The notes under the pieces were generated by a model. It saw only the letters and a list, made by a program, of their open reading frames with translations. It searched no databases and was not told where the DNA came from. A stretch of DNA of 64,000 nt from Azolla caroliniana. Taxonomy: Eukaryota > Plantae > Polypodiophyta. Location of the stretch: contig JBHGNT010000013.1 of NCBI GenBank assembly GCA_043228905.1, positions 7,006,001 through 7,070,000 on the forward strand. Reading direction: 5' to 3'. Both the position numbers and the translations under genes were made by a program. This document shows, one piece after another, positions 13,309-26,392 of this stretch; position 1 is the stretch's first letter; each line of letters opens with the position of its first letter.

Positions 13309-16300
13309 ACGGTGTTATGAAGTTCAGCAAAGGGAGCCTGATTGTGGCTCGGGCCCGGAAGGTAAACACGTTGTACCTGATGAATGCCCGGTTATGCCCA
13401 GAAGACGTGAACATAGCATCCGACACTGCCGATGAGCTGTGGCACAAGAGGCTGTGTCACATGAGCGAGAAGGGGATGAAGAGGCTTGCAAACGAAAACC
13501 TTATTCCAGTGAAGAACGTGCACTTGGAGAAGTGCACTAATTGTCTGGTCGGTAAACAAAACCAGACCTCCTTCCGATCGAGGCCACCGATGAGACGTAA
13601 TGCACCACTGGAGTTGGTGCATGCTGATGTATGTCAAGTGGACATGAAGTCACATGCCGGATCGTAGTACTTCGTGAAGTTCATAGATGATCACACCCGG
13701 AAGCTGTGGGCCACACCGTTGAAGACGAAGGATCAGGTGTTATCCATCTTCAAAGAGCTCCACGTGAGAGTGGAAAGAGAAACCGGCTAGAAGTTGAAGG
13801 CGGTTCGAGCAGACAATGAAGGTGAATACTGGGGGCTGTTTGAGGAGTATTGTCGCTCGAAGGGAATCCCACTCGAATTTACCATGCCAAAGATGCCGGA
13901 ACTAAACGGGTTGGCCGAGAGGATGAACCGGACCATAATGGAAAGGGTCCGGAGTATGCTGGCGCATGCAAAATTACCCAAGAAGTTTTGGGCTGAGGCA
14001 CTGTCGACGGCGACATATGTGATAAAAAAATCACCCTCAGTACCCTTGGACGGAGACAGGCCACAGAGAGTCTGGACTGGTAAGGAAGTGTCCTACCAGC
14101 ATTTGAAGATATTCGGGTGTCTTGCGTATGTGCATGTAGCTAAGGACCGGAGACGAAAACTAGATCCGAAGTACCGGCCATGCATATTCCTCGGTTACGG
14201 CGACAATGAGTTCGGCTACTGAGTGTGGGACCTGGTCGACAAGAAGGTATTCCGGAGTCGAGATATTATCTTCATGGAGGACAAGACGCTCGCCGACTGG
14301 GAGTCAGAGAAGAAGATAATGAATTCTGAGTCGACCGGTAAGGATCGATTCTACGATGAGCAGACCCAACCGGCAAGAGACCGGTTAGCACTCAAGGAAC
14401 CAACCAGTTATGGTGAGGATACCGAACCGGCAAAAGAAGAAGTAGAGGAATCTGAAACTGGAACCGGCCAAGACCCCGAATCGGATTCGGATGAAGAGCA
14501 AATGGAGGAGCCGGTTACCGAAGCCCAAAGACGGAGATATCCTCTCAGAGAGAGAAGGCCCCCCCGGAGATTTCCGGATGCAGAGCATGTGCTGCTAACC
14601 GATGAGGGGGAGCCAGAAAGCTTCGAAGAAGCGAAGGATGACACCCACAGCAAAAAATGGTTAAGTGCCATGCAGGATGAGATGGATTCCCTGCATGAGA
14701 ACTATACGTACGAATTGGTGGAGTTGCCAAAAGGAAAGTAGGCACTCCGAAACAAGTGGGTGTACAAGTTGAAACCGGGAGATGTTGGCAACCCCCCGAG
14801 ATACAAAGCCAGGATCGTGGTGAAGGGGTTCCAACAGAAGATGGGCGTGGACTTCGACGAGATATTTGCCCCGGTAGTAAAGATGACCTCCATCCAGACG
14901 GTGCTAAGTATAGCAGCAAGCATGGACCTCGAGGTAGAGTAGCTGGACGTGAAGACATTCCTTCACGGTGACCTCGAAGAGGACATCTACATGCAGCAAC
15001 CGGAAGGATTCATGGAGAAAGGGAAGGAGCAATTGGTTTTCCGGTTGAAGAAGAGCCTGTACGGATTGAAGTAGGCTCCTCGACAATGGTACCGAAAGTT
15101 CGACTCCTTCATGACCGATCAAGGGTACCACAAGACGCAGGCCGATCATTGTGTGTTTGTGAAGAAGTTCGAAGGAGGCGACTTCCTGATACTCCTTCTG
15201 TACGTGGACGACATGTTGATCGTCGGAAGGGACCAAGCCAAAATACGGATGCTGAAGAAGGCCCTCAACCGGACCTTCTCAATGAAAGACTTGGGTCAGG
15301 CAAGACAGATGCTGGGGATGCATATCATCCGGAACCAGTCAATGAAGCAATTGTGGCTATCATAGGAGAAGTACTTGACAAAGGTGCTTTAGCGGTTCAA
15401 CATGTTGGAAGCGAAACCGGTCGGATCGACACTCCTGGCAAACTGCAGATTATCCGGTAAGCAAAGCCCAAAGACGAAAGCAGAGAAGGCTGATATGATG
15501 AAGGTTCCATATGCCTCTGCCATCGGGAGCTTAATGTACGCAATGGTGTGTACCCGACCGGATATAGGATACGCAATCGGAGTGGTGAGCCGGTTTATGA
15601 GCAATCCCGGAAAGGAGCACTAGAACGCGGTCAAATGGATACTCCGGTACTTGAAGGGCACTTCAAATATGTGTCTCCAATTCGGCTCCGGAAAACCTCA
15701 ACTTGACGATTTTACCGATTCGGACATGTTGGCTGATGTGGATACCAGCCGGTCTACATCCGGGTATGTAATGACATATGCAGGGGGAGTTGTTTCGTGG
15801 CAATCGAGGCTGCAGAAGACGGTTACGTTGTCAACCACGGAGGCGGAGTACATGGCGACTGTGGAAGCCGACAAGGAAATATTATGGATGAAGGACTTCA
15901 TCGGAGAGCTCGGTATCCGGCAAGATGAATACCGGCTCTATTGCGACAGTCATAGTGCCATCCACCTTGCTAAGAATGCGGCCTACCATTCCCGGACGAA
16001 GCATATCCAGCGTAGGTATCGCTGGATCCGGGAAATAGTAGATGACTAGGAGCTCGCGCTGACGAAGATCCACACGGCCGAGAATGGGTCAGATATGCTG
16101 ACCAAAGTATTGACACGTAACAAGCTGGATGCATGTCGGAAGCGGGTCGGACTAGTAAGACATCCCATGCCGGAGTGAAGGGGGAGTTTGTTAGGAAACA
16201 AGTCCCTCAGGATGGGAAGTGAGAAGAACAGTGTTAATGAGCAAACTCGGTCGAGGCCGATAGGTCGAGGCTAGAACCAGATGAGGAGTACCCGGCAACG

Positions 16301-17431
16301 GAAGACCCTGTGAGAACTGGATGATGAGTGCCCGGCAAGCGCCGGATGATGCAGGCCCGGTGAGGAGTGCTCACCGGATGAAGGGACATATTCATAAATA
16401 TGTTTCTGAGAGTCCATCGGGGCTATATTTGTAAATAGCCGAAAAGTCATTTTAGTATAAATATGACTTAGGGCAAACTTAGTGTATATGTTGTTATTCT
16501 TGTTGGTGCAAGATTAGTGCGCGTAATTGTGTATAGAGAGAGAGAGAGAGAGGAAGAGGTCGTTGCCTTTGTCGTAACCGCCGCCTGTGGCGAAGATAGC
16601 AAGCTCGAGGTCGTTGCATCGGTGCTTCTCTATTGTACATTCTGATATAGTGATAGTTTGCAGTCTGTGGGTTGCCGTGGTTTTTCCCTAGTTTGGGTTT
16701 TCCACGTTAACATCCTATGTACTCTTCTCTTCACTGTGTCATGCGTTCATTACCCGTTTACTGTGTTTTGATTCTAGGCTCGGTTGTGGCCGAGCGCTAT
16801 TCATCGGGAGCGTGTATTCCTGTCATTACCTAAGTAGGCCGACCAGGTAACTCAGGTCGGGTCGGGTAATTGTGAGGTAGATGAGGCTTTCGACTAGTTG
16901 ACGATAGTGTGTTGACTCACACTCTCTAGTGCCTGAGTTGGCATCTAGTTTTATATTTCAATAAAGAGGAGTAGTGATGGGCTTACACCGTGTCATCCCA
17001 AACTTGTAAAGAAGATTGAGGATATAGTTCTTTTGAGAAAGCATGATTCCGTTTGGAGCCCGAATTACTTCTATTCCTAGAAGTAATGGAGCTCCTTCAT
17101 ATCGGTCATTTTGAATCGGCTGGAGAGGAGCTTGTTGATGTGCTCAATATCCGCTAAATTCTCTCCTCCTATGACCAAGTCATCCACATAAATGATGATA
17201 AATACCTGTCCTCTGGCGTCGCTCCGGATGAACAGAAAGTTGTCGGACTTGGACATGTTGAAGCCGATTTGATGAAGATATTGTGTTATCTTCGAATGTC
17301 ATGCTCTTGGTGCTTGCTTGAGGCTATATAGAGGCTTTTTGAGTCGGCAAACATCAATCAGATGCGTAGTAGACATGAATCCGGGTGGTTGTACCATGTA
17401 CACCTCTTCGTCTAACTCGCCTTGTGGAAAG

Positions 17432-20400
17432 TGTTGAGAGACAAGCTCAACATCGGCCGGATCGGCTGAAGAAGTCGAGGACCGGATCGGTTGGGACCGA
17501 TCGGTTAGGCCGAGTGCGTAAACCGGGAGGCCGTTAGGAAAGATATTCCATGAGGAATATATTTGGGAGTTAGTGTAGGAGCTCTTAAAGAGCACTGAAG
17601 TACGGTCAGTACTTCAGTCAGTCCTTCGAGGACTTGTATAAAAGTGTTCATGGAACACACATATGTGTAGAGTAGTGAATTGAGATCTTTTGTTGAATAT
17701 AGTTCTTGTATTTTCTCTCTCTCCCTCTCTCTCTCTCTCCCACGTATACTGCGTAAGCTCAAGCTCTCCATTAAACCTGAGTTTTCTTCCTTCTGTTCGG
17801 TCTTCATACTTGCTTCCGCATGTTACTTTTTACATGGTATTAGAGCGCGAGGGTTGAGAACCTCTCTGCAGCCGACACAACTTGACGAAGAAGAACAAGA
17901 AGAACGATGGATAGAGGCATGGCAAACTCGCTTCCAACAGAGAAGCTCGACAGAACCAACTACGCATCTTGGTCTTACAAGATGCACCAGTACCTGCTCG
18001 GGCACGGCTAATGGAGTTATGTCGAAGGAGCTAATGACGCGGCACCCGAATCGACACACAGAGACTTCCCGTCGTGGGAGCAATCGGCGAGCAGGGTATT
18101 ATACAGCTTCGCGTCGTGTGTGGGCGAACAACTATTGAGCTATGTTCGGGATGCAAAGACGCCGAAGGGTGCGTGGGAAAATCTGAAGAAGATCTTCACC
18201 GCGAGCACCACAACCAGGAAGCTTCAGCTCCGACAGGAGTTGAGCAACCTACGACAACGCGACTTGTCGGTGGCGGACTATACCTCAAAGATCAAGGATA
18301 TCTGCGACTCCCTCGCCTCCATAGAGGTGAACATCGAGGAGAGCGAGATGGTCCAGATTTGTCTCAGAGGTTTGGCGTCGAAGTTCGGAGCGTTCCGGAC
18401 GGCTGAGTGTACTCGGGAGAATACGTCGTCCTTTTTTTACTTACAATCAATGCTCCTGGTAGAGGAGAACCACGCGAGTGCATCTACAAGCACGCACACT
18501 GATAGCAGAATGTTGTACACGGAGGGAGATAGGCCCCGTGGACGTGGAGGACGAGGCGAGTCGGTGCGCAATGGAGGCGGCCGACGAGATCAAGGAAGAA
18601 GGCACCGAAGTGATGTCGACAGCAACTCCGGACCCTCCAGAAACAGGGGGAGTCGAAGCGATGAGAACCGGCAAGGGAAGGCCATCGTGGAGTGTTGGTA
18701 CTGTGGCAAGAAAAGCCACAGGGAAAGTGAGTGCTAGAAGAAGCGCGCCGAATCGGAGAGAACCGGTTCCGGAAACGGCTCCGGACATACTGACAAGGGA
18801 AATCGGCAGCGATCACACTACGCCGAAGACTCTGGGAGAGCCAGAGAAGGGCCTACCTTCGTGACGAGACACAAAGCAAAGTCAATGAAACAGATCACCC
18901 CGAGATCGGACGAGGTGTGGTACGTAGACTCCGGCGCGTCAAACCACATGACGAGCCATAAGGAGTGGTTCTCGTACCTTGAAAAACCGATACAACCTGG
19001 AGTGGTCACAACTGGAGATGACACTCCGCATCCGATCGCGAATGTCGGAGAAGTTCCCCTTAGCCATGTTGGGCAGAAAGGGAAACTCGTGAACGTGTTG
19101 CACGTTCCGACAATCACGAAGAACTTGGTCTCGGTCGGACAGATCGTCGACCAAGGGATGGAGGTTCGGTTTACACACCTCGGGTGCTTCATTGAGGAAG
19201 AAGGCTGTGTGATTGCGCAAGGGCGCAGAGACGGGAGGATGTTCATCCTCGACTCCACTGATGGCGGCACCGCAATGTTCGCGAAGGGAAGAAAAACCGA
19301 GTCGGACATTGACTTGTGGCACAAGCGGATAGGCCACGTCAACTACCAGCGGCTTCAAGATCTGCAATCGAAACAGGTAGTGTTCGGATTGCCCAAATTT
19401 AGTGGCCGAAAGGCACAAATTTGTGAAGCCTGCCAGATCGGGAAGCAACACCGACTTCCTTTCCCCAACGAGCAAAACCGGAGCCAGAATAAGCTCGACC
19501 TTATACACTCCGATGTATGGGGGCCGGCACAAAACGTTAGTCTTGGCGGGAGCCGATATTTCGTCTCCTTCATCGACGACCACACGCGACACACGTGGAT
19601 CTACCTCATTGAGAGGAAGAACGAAGTCTTCGACTGTTTCCGGGACCTCAAAGGGTTCGTGGAAACGGAAACGGGACGAAAGATCAAGTGTCTGCGGTCG
19701 GATGGCGGGAAAGAGTACTTTTCTGGTCAATTCAACGGTTATCTACAACAAATGGGAATTCGGCGCGAATTCAGTTGTAGATACACGCCAACGGCGTGGC
19801 CGAGAGGAAGAATCGGTTAGTTGTGGAAGCGGCACGGGCAATGTTGGAGGAGAAGAGCTTGCCCAAGTTCTATTGGGCCGAGGCGGTAAGGACTGCGGTA
19901 TACATCCAAAACCGGATCGGAGACAAAGTGTCGGCGCATGAGTTGTATTTCGGAACGAAGCTGAACTTGTGACACTTGAGGGTGTTCGGTAGCATTGCGT
20001 ATGTGCATGTACCGAAGGAGAAAAGGAGGAAGTTGGACGCAAAGGCCGAGAAATGCATCTTGGTCGATTACTCGGACGAGCAAAAGGGTTATAAGTGCTA
20101 TAACCCTTGCACCAAACAAGCGCGTGTTAGCCATGACGTTGTGTTTGACGAGTCCGCGTCCTGGTACCAGCCCCCGACTCCGAACCCCGACTCCAATCCG
20201 AGCTCTGACGATGAGGTCAGCGAGGCCGGGATGCCTCCGGATGAGCCCGAAATCGAGACCCGCGAAGAGAGTCTGATTTCACTCCGTTTAAGTGGACCGA
20301 TTGGACGATTGAGTTGGTACGACCAATCCGATGAAGAGCCGGCGAGTAGTGGAGACTCAGCCGTGCATTCCCCACGCAGGAATCCGAGGAGATGGCTTAC

Positions 20401-21244
20401 GCGCAAAGAGAAAGGGAAGAAGAAGGTGTCGGATTCCGGCACGGATAGGAACGAGTCAGACCGACGCGAGTCCGACTCCAAGGGAACCGGTGACGGGTCT
20501 TTAAAGGTGAAGACCGCGTCGACCGAGAAGGCCTCGACATCGGCTAATGTGAGATTACGCCGATCTACCCGCCAGAAGAATCTTGTTTTGCGGTTCGAAT
20601 GTTTGATTCAGATACGCTGAATCAACCGAGGCCCAAGCGGAAGAAAAGGTAGCAAGAGAAGCGTCAACACCGCAACAACAGAAGAGCTGATAAGGGTCAC
20701 ATGAGGAGACAAGCCGACCGGAAGGGTCGAAGTGCGCGGAGTCGAACAGGTCGAGGAGCGCGAGCGAGGCGTGAAGCCAGGAGGAACCGGAGCTGTGAGC
20801 CCGAGGATCCCGACGAGCCTCGAGTTGAGCTTGAGGGGGAGTGTTGAGAGACAAGCTCAACATCGGCCAGATCGGTTGAAGAAGCCGAGGACCGGATCGG
20901 TTGGGACCGATCGGTTAGGCCGAGTGCGTAAACCGGGAGGCCGTTAGGAAAGATATTCCGTGAGGAATATATTTGGGAGTTAGTGTAGGAGCTCTTAAAG
21001 AGCACTGAAGTACGGTCAGTACTTCGGTCAGTCCTTCGAGGACTTGTATAAAAGTGTTCATGGAACACACATATGTATAGATTAGTGAATTGAGATCTTT
21101 TGTTGAATATAGTTCTTGTATTTTCTCTCTCTCTCTCTCTCTGTCTCTCCCGCGTATACTGCGTAAGCTCAAGCTCTCCATTAAACCTGAGTTTTCTTCC
21201 TTCTGTTCGGTCTTCATACTTGCTTCCGCACGTTACTTTTTACA
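17432..21244 (+). mobile_element. Ty1/copia element B, deletion derivative (gag-PR-IN present; RT and RNase H missing)
   Basis: Near-identical 403-bp LTRs 17432-17834 and 20842-21244, PBS TGGTATTAGAGC, PPT TTGAGGGGGAG; sequence jumps from the IN-RT linker to the 3' UTR at ~20598; only AAG is duplicated at the flanks. Confidence 0.94.
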
Positions 21245-22676
21245 AAGGCGTTCTTTACGTCCATTTGTTGGACGTGCCACCCTTTTGCTGAGGCCAACGC
21301 AATCATGGTTCGAATTGTAGTCATCTTTGCCACTGGGGCGAAGGTCTCTTTGTAATTAACACCGTGCATCTGCGTGTAGCCCTTCGCCACAAGCTAGGCC
21401 TTGTACCGATGGACAGTGCCATCGACGTTGTGCCTTACCTTGAAGATCCACTGGCATCCAATTGCCTTTTGGTGCTTTGTAGAAGGGAGGAGATCCCATG
21501 TCTCATTCTTGGAGAGTGCAAGCATCTCCTCATTGATCGCTTCGACCCATCTAGGGTCCTTCGCAGCATTGGAATAGTTTTCCGGTTCTCAGATTGTCGA
21601 TACCTTCATCATGAATGCATAATGATATGCCATGTAGTCATTGTAGCCGAATCGGCTAAGTACGTTCTTTTCTCGGGTGGATCGATGTGGTTCTCCTGGT
21701 GTCCTCATGATGGGCGCATCCAATCTACCAAACTCACTGTCGGGTAAATGAGTCGATTCATTTCCAACTATGTCTTCATACTCATGCATTTTGGCCTTTC
21801 CTTTGTCCTGTTTCGGACTTGGCCGCAACGTGCTTTGGTCGTATGGAGGCTCTTGTGGACCACTCAACCTGGTTGAGATTGGACTTTCCTTTCACGTGGG
21901 CCTCAGTCGACCATTCTCGTTCGCATTTGTGTCGAAATCAGTTTCAACTGTGCCGGATGGGGCTGATTCAACTGTATACTAGGATGTTGACTCATCAAAT
22001 ACTAGATCCCTACTCACTTGTACCTTCTTGGTGGAAGGGTTGAAGCACTTACACCCTTTTTGCGTGAGTGAGTACCTTACGAGTATACATTTCTTCAACT
22101 TGGGATCGAGCTTCTGCCATTTCTCGTCGAGAATATGTACATATGCAATTGAATCGAATATCCTGACATGAGATAGATCCAGTTTCTTCCCAAAGAACTT
22201 TTCACAGGGGGTAACTTCGTGCACTTCTGATGTTGTGCAACGATTCATCATATAAACGGTCGTATTCGATGCTTCAACCCAATATGACTTTGGCAAATGT
22301 TTCTCGTTCATCATTGCCCTTGCCACCTCGATATGTTCGATTCTTGCGTTCGGCTACTCTGTTCTGCTGAGGTGTGTGTCGGCAGGTAAACTCTCGCCGG
22401 ATTCCTTGTTGTCGAAGATATGTTGTAAAGGTGTCGAAAAAGTACTCTTTGCTGTCGTTAGATTGAAGGCATCTGACATGCCGACTGGTTGCCTTTTCAA
22501 CTTCATTTTTGAACCTTTCGAAATGTCTAAACACTTCATTCTTCTGCCGCAAAGGGTAGATCCAGGTATGTCTGGAGAAGTCATCAATGAATGTTACGTA
22601 GTATCGGCAACCACCGAATGTTGCTGTCTGGGTTGGTCCCCATACATATGAGTGTATTACATCGAGGATCCCTTTG

Positions 22677-23570
22677 ATTACGCTGCAAAAAAGAGCACCT
22701 TCGAGAGGATAGTGAGAGAACGGGAATTGATGCCATAGAAGAGGAGATGACTAAGGAGTAGCAATACCACCACATGGAATAGGCAAATGATGTGGACAAT
22801 AGGGAGGAGACCGATGTTTATCTTGGACTAAGTCTTAGTCGCAAACACAATTTATTCCCGTTCGGAATACTATCCAAAGTGTGGTTAGAGGGATGGAATT
22901 ATGCGCACATACGATTAGGCCTTATCCGGCTACGTTCTCCAAATCATATATATTAATCTGGTTATCCCACACACTATCCGGTACACAATATAGATATGAA
23001 TTAACACATGTAAGATTAAAACATAGAACTATTGGGAAATCGGTCCCTCTGGATGGGATCCGGTTATGAATGACGAGGCCCCGATGAGAACCGGAAGAGA
23101 AGACATATTTGTAAATATGTTTTGAGTAAGCCTATTGAGGCTATATTTGTAAATGGCCCTAAGTTCATATAAGTATAAATATGACTTAGGGCAATCACTC
23201 TGAGAGAGTTAGATGTTGTTGTCCTATTTGTATGTGTATAAGTTATAATTATTGTATAGAGAGAGAGAGAGAGAGAGAGAGATACAGAGCGATACTCTGT
23301 TGTAACCATCGACTGGTGAATATACAGAGATCGAGGTCGTTGACTCCGAGTCTCTGTTTGTACCTTTCTTATATAGCGATAGTTTGGAGTCTGTGGGCTC
23401 CCGTGGTTTTTTTCCCTATTAGGGTTTTCCACGTAAACATCTTGTGTATGCTCTATCATTGTGTGTGTGTATGTGTGTTCACTCCCTACTTCCCATTTCT
23501 GTGTTTGATTCTCATTTAAGTGATTCAAGACTCGGTTGTGGCTAAGCAATATTCCGCGCTATTCTCTTCA
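22677..23570 (+). mobile_element. 3' remnant of a copia element (RNase H tail, PPT, 3' LTR 22815-23570)
   Basis: STFERIVRERELMP* tail, purine tract AGGGAGGAGA, TG..CA LTR sharing core motifs with the copia A LTR (TATAAATATGACTTAGGGCAA, GGGTTTTCCACGT). Confidence 0.75.
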
Positions 23571-25500
23571 AGAACTACAGAAGGCAAGTACACAAGATAT
23601 AACAACAATAACTTATATTACTCGCTCCCAATCAATACAATCCAAACCTCTTATATAGGTATCTGGTTCTGATACAAAATAGTGTTTACCCAGATTGGTA
23701 CATCTTTCTACATCGGCCACCACCTAATATCTTTTCTTTTTAATCTATTTTTCTTACAATGTTTCACTAATTACTTTATTTCCTAATATTCCCCCTACTT
23801 CCGGTTCCTACTTTATCCAATTCCCACTACTTCCGGACTCCGACTCTTCGGTTATCCTTCTTCAGTCCTCCGACCCCATCACGGCTTCACCGGCCCGGAA
23901 ACACCTGGCACGCAGTACCTTGCAAGTAAGACCCACACACTCTCAACTCTCCTCCAAAATGTCCAAAATGCTTTGTTGTATGTCCGTTGTCTGCTCTTGC
24001 TGAGTTTTCATCCTTGGTGGCGGTTCCTCTTCCGTCTGTTGTTGCCTCGATGTTGGATTCTCTGTTGTATCGGTTCTTCCTCCCTCGACTGCTCCGGTTG
24101 TTTCTCCAACTGCTCCGGTTGTTCCTCTGGTTGCTCTTCATCATTAAGATCTACCCTACCAGCCTGGTTGTCCCCAAGTTGTTGTTGCTTCCGTTGAACT
24201 CTTTCTCACTCGTAATCTTCCAAGTCCAATGTGAGTTGCAACTGGTCATCTTCAGACGCTTCCAGAATTGTTTGTATTTCATCGGTTTGGACTTGAGCCA
24301 TAGCCTGGAAATCCTCGGCTAATTCTTCTTGGATAGTGATTATACTTTCTTCATACATCTTATAAAAATTATCACCAGCTTTTGCCCTGTTTTCTGCATC
24401 CACACGGAGCACTTGTACCATTCCTTCCATATCGCAGCTGAACCTTCCTCTAGTTTTTCCTTCATCAGTTGCTGCGGGTTATCTATAATTATCTCGGATC
24501 CATTGTATTCCCATCTCTGTTTTCTTCTCCCAAGGCCTGCGTTTCCTGTTTTAGCCACTTAATAATATGCTCTATTGGTGCTTTTTGATTGAACCTCCCT
24601 CGTATGCTGTCTGCTGAGTTTGAGTTTGATATGTTGTTTGGACCTTTGTCACAGACACTTCTTTGGAGCATGTACGTTCAATCAGTCGGTCCCTTTCTTC
24701 CAGCAGCTTTCTCCTGTCCTTTCCGCTGCCGCCTCGCCTCGCCTCGCCTCTTCTTTCATTCTCTCCTTCGTTTTTTCCAAGAACTTTTCCTGCGTCTGCG
24801 TCTGCAGATTCTCGTTCTTCTCCTTTAGTTCCGCCCGTGCCTCCTTGAGCCTCTCTCTCGCTTGTCTTTTAAGCGTCGGGTTGCAAACCACTCATCCCGC
24901 TCCTTCTTTTCTATTTCCTCTTAAAAAGCAGTCAGTCGTTTCTCTTTCTCTTCCTTCATCCGCTTCAGACATTCTTGAACCGTCCGTCCGTCCGTCCGTC
25001 CATCTTCTGTTGTTCTCTTCCCCTGCTGCACTTTGTTTCTCCTTTCCTTTTTAACCAACTGCTGCGTGCGCCGCGATGCGCTGTCCTCCTTTTTAGACTT
25101 TGTTACTTCTTGATGTCCTCCTTTTTAGACTTTGTTACTTCTTCTTTCTCCACCACTTCGTCCCGTCCCGTCCCATCCCGTCCCTCTACATTTTCTTTTT
25201 CTCGCTCCTTCGCTTCGCAACAACTGCTTCATTTCTCCATCCAATCTTCCTTTCTCCCTTCTCTCTCTCTCTCTCTCTCATCCCCAACTTTACTCCCCCC
25301 AGTTCTGGTGTGGTCCTCCGTCCTCCTCTCTTGGCTTGGCTTGGCTTGGCTTGGTTTGTGTCCACCTATACAGCCACTACTAATTCCTTTGGCACTGCCA
25401 CGCTTCACCTCCTCCTCTAATTCTGCCAGTTGCCTGCCCCCCCATCACTCCTTACGTTCTGACTTTTATAAACAATCTGTGGATAAGTTGTCCTAATTTA
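23571..25500 (-). mobile_element. Probable 3' part of another LTR element (GA-rich region, decayed extra ORF, PPT, partial LTR)
   Basis: Minus strand AGTAGGGGGAA then TATTAGG at 23788 (decayed TG start), TATA-like CTATATAAG near 23655; broken ORF ~23880-24560. Confidence 0.45.
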
Positions 25501-26392
25501 AGTGTCATCATACAATGTGTAGTGTTTAATGTTCAACCCATGTCTGAAATGTAATAAGCATATATTAACTACATTAGACAACTTGAATTGCAAGTGACGA
25601 ATGCGTCTTGATGCATAGTTTATTAAGAGGAGATATTTACGCCAAGAAAGAAAAACAAAGTTACCAACATCAGCAAAAGATCAATTCATCAATTCATAGA
25701 ATATTCAGTTTGCACGGCCTAAGTTCCAATTATAGCATGTCATATATATCAGTCACAAACTGTATGCAATATCATGAATTCATTATCCCTGGTTTCTTAT
25801 GGTTCCTATTTATAAGTACATGCACTTCATGTTTTGCATGGTTTTTATAAAGGTAACTTTTCATATTCACTTGTAACGATTGCTTTATTTTTGGAAAAAA
25901 ACGATTGCTTTACAATTATGAAATATATAAATATCTAGAATATCCTGAGATTTTGGACCCATCATGTTGTAAAGAGAAATATATAATTTGACCTCTACCC
26001 TCTACTGCCCTAGGCCAATTCACGCTGTTTGAAATTTCATAATCTCAACAGATTGACTATCAAGTATGCAATAACGAACTGTAAAAAGAACTCCACAATC
26101 GCATCACATTGTATATAACATTAAGAATTGGAAGAGAATATGATTGGTTGCCGGAATGGTGGTCCTAAAATTCCACAATTTAGAATGGGTAACAAATATG
26201 AATACTCCATGATTTAACATATTGGTAAACTGTTAGAAATACATCGGATTACGCTGAGAACAGCACTTTTTGAGCCTATACACATTCGTCATAAAACCTG
26301 ATCCACCAGACTTTCCCAAAGATGAGGCTCCTGGAATAGTAATACTTGTGCTGACAAAAAGATTGCTATTTTGAAATGTATATACTGATTCA

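Larger units (their letters stand above)
11400..16178 (+). pseudogene. copia A gag-pol polyprotein with many in-frame stops and a solo-LTR insertion
   Basis: ORF pieces 11328-11822, 11932-12581, 13317-13667, 13794-14222, 14223-14741, 14760-14942, 15111-15365, 15402-15623, 15651-16049. Confidence 0.92.
10749..16825 (+). mobile_element. Full-length Tnt1/Tork-like Ty1/copia element A, inactivated by nonsense mutations
   Basis: LTRs 10749-11369 and 16189-16825 (TG..CA), TSD CTACC/TTACC, PBS-Met TGGTATCAGAG at 11373, PPT GAAGGGGGAG 16177-16186; gag CCHC, DSGAS protease, LWHKRLCH, integrase, YVDD RT, RNase H. Confidence 0.96.
9761..22676 (-). mobile_element. Ty1/copia element C, 5'-truncated; host to copia A and copia B
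   Basis: 3' LTR ~9761-10066, RNase H (TKHIEVHYHFIRE, 10091-10740), RT (YVDD ~17180) 16826-17431, RT/IN 21245-22676; reading continues across both insertions. Confidence 0.88.

Noticed and set aside
18939-19730. 263-aa antisense ORF
   Set aside because: Shadow of the copia integrase frame
24589-25496. Plus-strand Ser/Leu/Phe-rich ORFs
   Set aside because: CT-rich microsatellite-like sequence
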